From: Malacoraja senta
Taxonomy: Eukaryota
Assembly (NCBI GenBank): GCA_038087875.1
Contig: CM075978.1
Span: 32,240,001 to 32,304,000, forward strand
Length of the DNA: 64,000 nucleotides
Direction: 5' to 3'
Below are positions 12,060 to 21,902 of this stretch, piece by piece. Numbering within the stretch: the stretch's first letter is position 1; every line of letters starts with the position of its first letter. Both the position numbers and the translations under genes were made by a program. The notes under the pieces were generated by a model. The model was given only the letters and a program-made list of their open reading frames with translations, was not told where the DNA came from and did no database searches.

Positions 12060-12740
12060 AAACTTAGAATATTGTGCACATTTCTGGTCACACACTACAG
12101 AGAGAGTGCAGAAGGGATTTACCAGAATGCTACCTGGAATGGATGAATGTAGTTGTAAGGAGAGATTGGATAGGCTGTGGTTGTTCTCACTGGAAATTAT
12201 GTGGCTGAGGAATAACCTGAGACAGATTTATATAGGTTTGAGGGGCATAGATAAATGTATCCAATGGCAGGGGAGTCCACCACAATAGGGCATAGGTTTA
12301 AGATGAGATGGGAGAAATTTAAAGGAGATCAGGGGTAAATTTCACACAGGCTGGTGAACAAGAAGGGTCTCGACACAAAACGTCACCCAGAAATGCTGCC
12401 TGTCCAATGCAGCAACCAATGATTCGGAACCCAATTCCAGCAACAATTAATATTCTCCAGAGATGCTGCCTGTCCTGATGATTTACTCCAGCATTTTGTG
12501 TCTACTTTCGATTTAAAGTATCTGCAGTTCTTTCCTACACATTTGGAACAAACTGCCAGGTGGTAAATTCAGATACAATTACAACTTTTTTAAATTGGTT
12601 ATATATTAATGGACATGTACTTAGATGGGAGAGGCATAGAGGGATAAGGGTCTAATGAAATATCATAGATAGATATAACAGTTGTCTTGGCTCGGTAGGC
12701 AAAAGAGCCTTTTTCTATGCAGTATAATTCTATGATTCTG
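12060..12740 (+). mobile_element. CR1-clade LINE 3' fragment interrupted by a PLE fragment
   Basis: Translates as LEYCAHFWS..ERVQKGFTRMLPGM..ERLDRLWLFSLE; CR1 tail at ~12690-12740. Confidence 0.85.
12359..12541 (+). mobile_element. Penelope-like terminal repeat with an internal 44-bp captured segment
   Basis: AGAAGGGTCTCGACACAAAACGTCACC...GATGCTGCCTGTCC...CTGCAGTTCTTTCCTACAC; 12411-12454 copies 12927-12970. Confidence 0.85.
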
Positions 12741-13997
12741 TGATAGTGTGGCATACCTTTTCTATTGTTGGGCTATCCTGCCCTATACGCACTGGAGTGC
12801 AAGGCTGTCACAATTGCTGTGAAGATGTAGGAGTGGAGGAAATGCTCTCTGTCTGCTGGCGCCAGTTTTTCTTCACTGCCATGAGTAAACAAGAACAAGA
12901 TGCTGGAGCCAGCCAGAGGGGAGGGAAGCAACCAATGATTCTGAACCCAATTCCAGCAACAATGAATATTAGTAGTTTCCTAACAGAACATGCAGTTCCA
13001 TCTTTAAGTTGCTGTTTCTTCTTATAATCTGAGAGTTTAAATGATACCCCTTATTGGTTTTTTTTTTTTTACTTCAATAAAGCACAGATATCAAGTATTA
13101 TATAAATATTCAAATTTCAGCAAATGCAATCTGACAAAAATCTCTTGTGATCGTATCTCCAGGAATAGACCCAGCTGAACTTAGTAGCCAGAAAGATTTG
13201 TTCATAGGAATTTCCAGGGCTATGGAATTCCCATGGCTATGTCAAAGAGCTCTCAAACAGCTGTATAAACAGTCACTGACAAAAGATGCAGCACAACTTC
13301 AAATAGCTATCTGGAAGACTCCAACAAGATTTAAGTAACTTCCTTTGTCCAACAAGACTAAAACAGTGCACACATTATCAGTTGCTAAGGGATAACATTA
13401 ATAGCAATAATGTACCTTTAACAAAGAACTGACTACAAGTTTTATGTAGGCATTAAGCTTACTGGATCCTGCTAAAGCCTAGTGTTTGCATGTCTCATTA
13501 ACTTAAAATTGTAGGCAGTAATGTGCCATGTGCACTTTCTATATGCAAGTTTGAGTCCTTAAAGCCTTCCAGGCATGTTGATGTGCTATGTGTTATGGAC
13601 ACAGAGGAGGACCATGATATGACCATGGGCTTCCATGATAAATAAGACGACGAGCCAGCACCTGACATATGGCAGTGTTTGACCACTTTGAATTGCCCTG
13701 ATAGCTCCCCAAAATGTCGTAGGACAAATAAAAGTCTACAGTTAAGTGTAATTTCTTCTTATAATTTAGCCTGTTTTTTACTTCTCTTTTTACAACATAT
13801 TTATTTGGCAGATTGAAACTCAGTCCCCAAATACATAACAATGACACAGATTAAGCAGAGCATTTCCACTCAGCAAAATTAATGAAATGCAGCTTTCTCT
13901 GACACATTATTTTTAAATATGTTGCTAGGTCTTAGCTATCAGTCTTTAGTTTACCATCGGAGGTGTTGTTCCTACAAGTCAATTCTACATAAAGAAA

Positions 13998-14200
13998 GAC
14001 ACAAAATGATGGAGTAACTCATAGGAACAAGCAGCACCTCAAGAGAGAAAGAATGGATCACGTTTCGGGTCAAGACCCTTCTTCAGACCTAAAATGTCAC
14101 CCATTCCTTCTCTCCAGAGATGCTGCCTTTCCCGTTGAGTTCCTCCAGAATTTAGTGTCTATCTTCAGTGCAAACCAGCATCTGCAGTTCATTCCTACAA
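13998..14200. mobile_element. Penelope-like inverted terminal-repeat pair (fold-back)
   Basis: 13998-14089 (GACACAAAATGATGGAGTAACTC...CCCTTCTTCAGAC) is inversely similar to 14088-14160; minus strand carries CTGAAGAAGGGTCTTGACCCGAAACG. Confidence 0.8.
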
Positions 14201-14747
14201 ATTATAAATAAAATCTTGTTTCAACCCAACAGCCAGAGGTTTACTTTTATCTGACTCTTAACATGCTGTGAAAATAAGTGCACAACTACATGGTTCTGAG
14301 ATTTATTTCAAGATAATTATTTGCCTTAATACTCATTAAGGTGAACAAGACAGATTTTAAAGGGATGCAATATTTCATTCATAAGCATAATGTAGGATAT
14401 ATGAAGTACTGAATCTGAAAAAGCATTAGTGCAGCACTTGTCTCCAAACTCCCCTCCCTTATCCCCATATTGCCATGCTTTATTAAAATAGATCACATTT
14501 TTCAAACCAATGTATCTCAGGTTATGTTCTGAAGATGGATTCAATGATTCTTCTTCTGGTGGTGTTTATTCCTTCAGTGATTGGTAACTCACCCACTGAT
14601 GCAATGAATTAAGTAATTTTAAACCTTTTAATGGCAGTGTTGGTCCCCAGGATTCTTCAATGGCACTATAGAAGTATTCAGGCAGGGTATACAGTGTCCT
14701 GCCAATAGCCTATGATTCCAGACTCACCAATATTGATTGAATAATTG

Positions 14748-14962
14748 AAAAATACAGCATGGAAACAGGCCCTTTAGCTCACCGTCCACACTGACCAACT
14801 ATCATGCTATTTCTAGGTTCACTTTCACATCCACTCACTAGGGGCAATTTACAGAGGCCAATTAACCTACAGGCATGCACATCTTTGGGTTATGGAAGGT
14901 AACCAGAACACCCAGAGGAAACCCGTGCAGTTACATGAAGAACATGTAAACACATACAACAC
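14748..14962 (-). mobile_element. HE1-like V-SINE, 5'-truncated
   Basis: ATACAGCATGGAAACAGGCCCTT...GGGGCAATTTACAGAGGCCAATTAACCTAC. Confidence 0.8.
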
Positions 14963-15927
14963 CATGATTATTGTTTCTGAACATTTCCCAAAGCTAAAAA
15001 TGATTGGTGAGTGGTTGCCAGGGATCTGTTAACATCCCTTTTTAACCAAAGGTGTTACATTTGCTACTTTCCAGTCCACTGGCATATTACTCTTGCCCAG
15101 GGATTATTGAAACCCCTTTTCGAACTGCATGCTCACCTCCGTATGCAAACTAGGATGCGTTCCATCTGAAACTGATGTCTTGTACAGCTACCCTTCATGT
15201 ACCACTTTGTAAATCTTTAATAATCATCCACCATCCATACTATTTCTCCTTCTACACTGATTTGCCAGCATTCTCTGTTTTTGCCAGAAATCTGCTACAA
15301 TCAGAATGACATCTTTTAGTGTATGGAAACATTGTGAAAAAGCATTCACAGCTCAGCAGTGATTCACTCCGTTCTTTCTCTCTGAAAAGCTAACACTTTA
15401 TCTCTGTGTCATCATCCAACCACCAGAGGGAGTTGATAATACAGTCATAACATCTCTTCCTCCTCAGTGTGGATGAAAATATACATTAGTAAAAAGCAAA
15501 CAATAAAGTACCATAAAACAATAAAGCTATAAGACCATTATTCTCATCCATATTCCTATGTTCAATTTATTTAGTAGTTTCCTTTCTACTTCTGATTGAT
15601 ATGACTCAGTTTGTACTGGGACGAGACAAGTAAGTGGTAAACTTATTTTGAGTTGTGCCCTGCAACCCATCAGTGTGAATAACAGATGACCGGAGGTCTT
15701 CTTCGATTTGGTTCAGTTCATGGCTATAACATACATTGTCTCATGTGGTTGTGATGATGCTTCATCATGTGACTACCATCCAGGCAAACACAAGTGAAAC
15801 CGGTCCACTGCAATCAGCAAAGTGCAATGCTAACCAGATTCCTTATGTAATATCATCTGTAAATATAGGATCATATACTTCAAAAGAGCAGTCACAAGCT
15901 CTGGCCCCATAATGTTCCTTATGCTTC

Positions 15928-16077
15928 CTTTGAGCTAGATAGGGCTCTTAAAGATAGCGGAGTCAGGGGATATGGGGAGAAGGCAGGAACGGGGTACTGA
16001 TTGGGGATGATCAGCCATGAATATATTGAATAGGCTCAAATGGCCTACTCCTGCACCTATTGTCTATTGTCTATTGT
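15928..16077 (+). mobile_element. CR1/HER1 3' end with (CTATTGT)n tail
   Basis: Near-identical to the reverse complement of 46590-46750. Confidence 0.85.
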
Positions 16078-16825
16078 TTGGAAAACAGTGGCATTAAGCT
16101 CTGTTTTAACCAAATGCATTCTGAAACATCTACTCATCAGTAATTCAGGTGTCTGCCCTACAGTTGTATGTGATGTATTTCAGCAGTGGAATAGGTGGAC
16201 CACGTCTCAATTTTACCTACTTTGATCTTTTTTGATCTACCTTTAACAATCTGAACTGACCTTTCTGCCCAACTATTTGAGGCTGCATGGTATTCCATCT
16301 CATTCCATTCCCTCTGAGGAATTTGGGAAGTTCAGCATCAGTGAAGTCTGTCACAAGTACCTCTGAAAGACCACCTCTGATTAACATGATTTTCAAACTT
16401 GAAATCGTCGCTTGAGATTGGAAAATGTCCATTGGAACAGCTTCTATTCACTTCAAATGTGCCTCACCAATGAACATAGTTAATTTCCTATTAATGGTTT
16501 GCCCATGACAGAAAATATCTATTGATGGACTCTTACAATATCCTTTACATTGTACACATTCCCATGCAGTGTCTTCCAAATGCTTTTCAACTCTCGGTCA
16601 CTAAATTAATTTTCTGGCATTTAGCAAGATACAGCTGTATATAGACCTTTCTGCGTGAAATGTGTAGCTCTGTAGACATGAAGTTTACATTCAGGTACTA
16701 TTTAATCAAACAAAGGATTCTGCTTCCACCACCCATTCAGAGAGCTTATTAACTATGATAGGACAAACATAGAACATACTCTTGAGTGAAAAAAAACGTC
16801 TTCATCTGCCCACTCATTTTTCTAC

Positions 16826-17882
16826 CATAAGGTCATAAGGCCATAAGGAATAGGAGTAGAATTAGGCCATTCGGCCCATCAAGTCTACTCCGCCATTCAA
16901 TCATGGCTGATCTATCTCTCCCCCCTAACCCCATTATCTTGCCTTCTCTCCATAATCTCTGACACCTGTACTAATCAAGAATCTATCCATCTCGGCCTTA
17001 AAAATATCCACTGACGGCCTCCACAGCCTTCTGTGGCAAAGAATTCCACAGATTCACCAACCTCTGACTAAATAAATTTCTCATCTCCTTCCTAAAAGAG
17101 CGTCCTTTAATTTTGAGTCTATGACCTCTAGTCCTAGACTCTCCCACTAGTGGAAACATCCTCTCCACATCCACTCTATCCAAGCCTTTCATTATTCTGA
17201 ATGTTTCAATTAGGTCCCCCCTCATTCTTCTAAACTCCAGCAAATACAGGCCCAGTGCCGACGAACGCTCATCATAGGATAACCTACTCATTCCTGGGAT
17301 CATTCCTGTAAACTTCCTCTGGATCTTCTCCAGAGCCAGCACATCCTTTCTCAGATATGGTGCCCAAAATTGCACACAATATTCCAAAAGCGGGATTACA
17401 GAGCCTCAACATTACATCCCTGTTTTTGTATACAAGCCCTCTTGAAATAAAGGCTAACATTAAGTTTGTTTTCTTTACTACCGATCCTGCACCAGCACTC
17501 CCAAGTCCCTTTGCACCTCCGATTTCTGGATTCTCACCCCATTTAGAAAATAGTCTACGCCTTTATTCCTACAACCAAAATGCATGACTCCACATTTTGC
17601 TGCACAATATTCAACCTGTCACTTCTCTTCCCACTCTCCCAACCTGTCCAAATCCTTTTGCAGAGTCCCTACTTTCTCCACACTACCTGCCCCTCCACCA
17701 ATGTTCGTATCATCCGCAAACTTTGCCACAAATCCTTCCCCCCGTCCAAATCATTAATATACAATGTGAAGAGTAATGGCCCCAACACCGACCCTTTTGG
17801 AACTCCACTAATCACTGGCAGCCAACCAGAAAAAGCTCCCTTTTTTGCCACTCTTTGTCTACTGCCATCCAGCCAACCTGCT
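16826..17882 (-). mobile_element. CR1-clade LINE 3' part (RT remnants)
   Basis: SGVPKGSVLGPLLFTLYINDLD (17669-17851) and EYCVQFWAPYLRKDVLALEKIQRKFT (16998-17387). Confidence 0.9.
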
Positions 17883-18937
17883 ACAATTTACAAATTGTTT
17901 TAAACTAAGTTCCTCTGTCAAAGAAGTATAGGTCTTTTGTGTATACTCTGTCTAAGCCGCTCATAATTTAATAGACCTTAGTTATATCTTAATCTTAATC
18001 TTCTTTAACACCTCTGTTCCTATAATCCCAGCCTATCCAATTCTTTGCTGTACCTGTCAACATGCCTGTTCTGATGAAAGTTGACCTGGAAGATTGTTTT
18101 TTCTCTATCTATAGACACTCCTCTACTTGGTGAATACTTAAAGCATTTTTTGTTTCTATTTCTGCTTTCCAGCCTTTAAAAAAAATTAAATGTCCAAACA
18201 ACTCCTCAGAATAGGAAGCTGGAAATCATACTTTACTCTTACCACCTTGTAACACCCACTCAATATGTCGATTTGTTATCTTCACATTCTCTGCATATCA
18301 ACAATATTTTTTACTTTGTAACAAACTTGCAATATTCACAATCTATCTGTAAAATCTCCAATTGTTTCATCCGGATGCTGTTCCCTATGCACCATTGGAC
18401 TGGGTAGTAGTGCATTCGCACAATTCAGTCAGTTCAAGCAACTGGACTGAGGTCTTGTCTTCTGGTTTGGCTGGAGTCAGCAATACTCTTTTAGAATCAA
18501 TATGTATGTCATAGTACCAGCAGCTTGGGAAGAAGTGAATGATTTCTTCCCTTCCACAATATTATTTTCAGTGAAATTGTGTTCCATCTTTCCCATTAAG
18601 TTCAATCCATGACTTGGATTGAAAATCTAAAGTATAATTTGTGGTCACCTTGGCTTGTGCTTTTCCATGACCACCACTGAGGCAAACAGGTAAGGCAGAA
18701 TTAGTTTCTTAAAAAGCCAGCAGTTTCAGCAGGCCCTGCTCTTCTGCACATAAAAAAATACCTAAATCTCAAGAAAGGCAGCACTTGCTCCTGTATTCAT
18801 CCTAGTTAATCTTCTTTAATCCACTGTAGCCAATTATGACAACACCTTGTGGTTATTTTGTATAAAACACTTGTAGTTGCATGTTTTACAATCTGTACAA
18901 ATTCAGATACTTACCCAGCTCCCTTTGAACACATCAA

Positions 18938-19432
18938 TTAGAACATAAAACAGTACCGGGCAACAGACCCTTTGGTCCACAATATCTGTGCCAATCATGA
19001 TGCCAAGTTAAACTAATCTACTCTGCCTGCCTGCATGTGATCGATATCCCTCCATTCCCTGAACATCCATGTGCCTATTTAAAAGCCTCTTAAATGCCAC
19101 TATCGAATCTGTCCCACCACTCTGATAGACAATTCCATGCACCCACTGGATCTAAAAATCTTGACCGGCACATCTTTCATATCTCTATCCAATCTCTGTC
19201 TCTCATAATTTCATATACTTCTATCAGGTCTCCCCTCAGCTTTCAATGCTCCACAGAAAACAATCCAAATTTATCTATACTCTTCTTACAGCTAATGCTC
19301 TGTAATCCAGGCAACATTTTGGTAAACCTCCCTGCACTCTCTCCACATTCTTTGTGTAATGTGATAACCAGAACTGTACACAATACTCCAAATGCAATAT
19401 CAACCAAGTTTTACAAAGCCGCACCATGATTT
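18938..19432 (-). mobile_element. CR1-clade LINE 3' fragment
   Basis: LHLEYCVQFWLSHY..NVERVQ motif; reversed tail TAGAACATAAAACAGTAC. Confidence 0.8.
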
Positions 19433-19492
19433 CTGAATTGATTCTACTTCTGCTATTCCTGGCATTGTATTCCAGATCAATTACATTCTTAA

Positions 19493-19842
19493 GCCCCTGT
19501 CCCACTGTACGAGGTAATTCAAGAGTTCTCCCATGTATTCCCCTGATTCGAACTCGGAGAATGTCCGTAGCGGGTCCGTAGGAGTACGTGGATGTCTCGT
19601 AGTGGCTTGTACGAGTAAAAAGTAACCATTTTTTTCATCACGAGTATTTTTTTACTCTTTTTTTTGCAGGGATGAAAAAACGTCACGAGTTTACCGGATG
19701 TCCCGAGTACCTACCGTTAGCATTACGAGCCGCTGCGAGACATCCACGAACTCCTACGGACCTGCTACGGACATTCTTCGAGTTCGGATCAGGGGAAAAC
19801 TCGGGAGAACTCTTGAATTACCTCGTACAGTGGGACAGGGGC
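19493..19842. mobile_element. 350-bp MITE (non-autonomous DNA transposon) with 40-bp perfect TIRs, flanked by TTAA
   Basis: GCCCCTGTCCCACTGTACGAGGTAATTCAAGAGTTCTCCC at 19493-19532 and its exact reverse complement at 19803-19842; imperfect IR extends to ~125 bp; TTAA at 19489-19492 and 19843-19846. Confidence 0.92.
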
Positions 19843-20258
19843 TTAAGTCCCATAGTATTGATCTCTCTGGTAATTTAACCAAGGCACAAAACATGAGAGT
19901 GGGAGGTTTGTGACAGTAGCATCTCTACTCTGTCTGAATCTTCGATTATATTAAATACTAGACTAAGTGGGACGCGTTGCGTCCCAGCTTCACACGGGAG
20001 GGCTGGTCCCCCAACGCAATGCTCCACCTCTCCACCAATTCCAATATTGGTGGCCAGTGGGAAGGGGGGGGGGGGGTTCTGGAGCACTAGTATGGGTGTT
20101 GTGGACTGAAGGGACTGATTTCCAGAGGCCTAGTATGGACATCGTTGGCCGAATGGATTTTTGGGCTGGCGGCTCAGTCACTCAAGCCTGGTGTGCTGGC
20201 AGCTCACTCACTCAAGGCTGATGGGCTGGCAGTTGACTCACGGCTATTCCTTGAAATG

Positions 20259-20716
20259 CCACTTCAAGCAGGGTGCAAGGCCACCAAATTCAAGTGCAGT
20301 TTCCTGCCACTTCAAGCAGGGTGCAAGGCTACCAAATTCAAGTGCAATGTCATACCACTTCAAGCATGGTGCAAGGCCACCAAATTGAGTGCAGTGTCAT
20401 ACCACTTCAAGCAGGGCGCAAGGCCACCAAATTTGAGTGCAGTTTCCTACCACTTCAAGCAGGGTGCAAGGCCACCAAATTTGAGTGCAGTTTCCTACCA
20501 TTTCAAGCAGGGTGCAAGGCCACCAAATTCAAATGCAGTTTCATACCATTTGAAGCAGGGTGCAAGGCCACCAAATTCAAATGCAGTTTCATACCATTTG
20601 AAGCAGGGTGCAAGGCCACCAAATTCAAGAGCAGTTTCATACCATTTCAAGCAGGGTGCAAGGCCAACAAATTCAAATGCAGTTTCATACCATTTCAAGC
20701 AGGGTGCAAGGCCACT
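20259..20716. repeat. 48-bp minisatellite (~9.5 units) inside the Helitron
   Basis: Unit CCACTTCAAGCAGGGTGCAAGGCCACCAAATTCAAGTGCAGTTTCCTG; starts at 20259, 20307, 20355... Confidence 0.95.
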
Positions 20717-20991
20717 AAAGACAGAGAGTCATGACCTCCCCCTTCTTGCAGAGACTGAGCCATGCCCACACTTCCAGGTTTTATAGTCCCTCCCACCAGA
20801 AGGGGCGTGGCTTACATGCCGTGAATTGACAGGAGAGAGAATCTCAACATTTTTTAAACACTAATAACTTTTTTATTTTTCATCTGAGTAAGATGGTCAA
20901 ACATCACAGCCGTACGTGGTAGCGTTTTTCCTAAAATCAATGTACAGCGCAAACAGGAAGTGGTCAAGATTAGACTTTTAATTATATAGCT

Positions 20992-21545
20992 GGCAAGGCA
21001 ACTTTTGCATTCTCAAACCAACTTTTCAATTAGGCAAGGCAACTTTTGCATTCTCAAACCAACTTTTCAATTAGGCAAGGCAACTTTTGCATTCTCAAAC
21101 CAACTTTTCAATTAGGCAAGGCAACTTTAGCATTCTCAAACCAACTTTTCAATTAGGCAAGGCAACTTTTGCATTCTCAAACCAACTTTTCAATTAGGCA
21201 AGGCAACTTTAGCATTCTCAAACCAACTTTTCAATTAGGCAAGGCAACTTTTGCATTCTCAAACCAACTTTTCAATTAGGCAAGGCAACCTTTGCATTCT
21301 CAAACCAACTTTTCAATTAAGCAAGGCAACTTTGGCATTCTCAAACCAACTTTTCAATTAGGCATGGCAACTTTTGCATTTGCAAACCAAAAAGGACTTT
21401 TAGCATGCATTTTCAAACCAAAAAACACTTTTAGCAAGCATTTTCAAACAAAAAAAACACTTTTAGCAAGCATTTTCAAACCAAAAAACACTTTTAGCAA
21501 GCATTTTCAAACCAAAAAACACTTTTAGCAAGCATTTTCAAACCA
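20992..21545. repeat. 41-bp minisatellite (~9.5 units) grading into a ~31-bp unit (~5 copies), inside the Helitron
   Basis: GGCAAGGCAACTTTTGCATTCTCAAACCAACTTTTCAATTA repeats to ~21390, then AAAAAACACTTTTAGCAAGCATTTTCAAACC. Confidence 0.95.
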
Positions 21546-21902
21546 CATTAAGGGCACTCACAGTTTAGTAGACATGTGTTCAGTGTTATTCACAGCTCAG
21601 ACTGAGAGACGTGACCCTCTCGCTCCCCCATCTTGCAGAGATTGACTGAGACACTCAACACTTCTGGGTTTTATAGTCCCTCCGGAAGGGGCGTGGCCTT
21701 CAGGAGAGAGAATCTCAACATTTTTAAAACATTAATAGGTCTTTTATTTTTAATTGATGGGAAAAATCCTCTTGTCCTGACCAGTGGAGGGGGACTCTGA
21801 GTAAGATGGCCAAAAATCACAGCCGTAAGTGGCTGCATTTTTTCTAAAATCAATATACAGTGCAACAGGAAGTGGTCAAGATGAGACTTTTACTAATATA
21901 GA

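Larger units (their letters stand above)
19958..21902 (-). mobile_element. Composite non-autonomous Helitron
   Basis: Minus strand starts A|TCTATATTAGTAAAAGTC and ends TGGGACGC-AAC-GCGTCCCA-CTTAGTCTAG|T: 5' TC, subterminal GC hairpin (19968-19986), 3' CTAG, A/T target, no TSD. Confidence 0.9.

Noticed and set aside
20145-20786. 213-aa and 153-aa repetitive ORFs
   Set aside because: By-product of a 48-bp minisatellite (a multiple of 3) inside a non-autonomous Helitron; open in several frames, with no domain signature.
20259-21545. CRISPR-like appearance of the regular repeats
   Set aside because: Units are contiguous with no unique spacers, there are no cas genes, and the context is eukaryotic.
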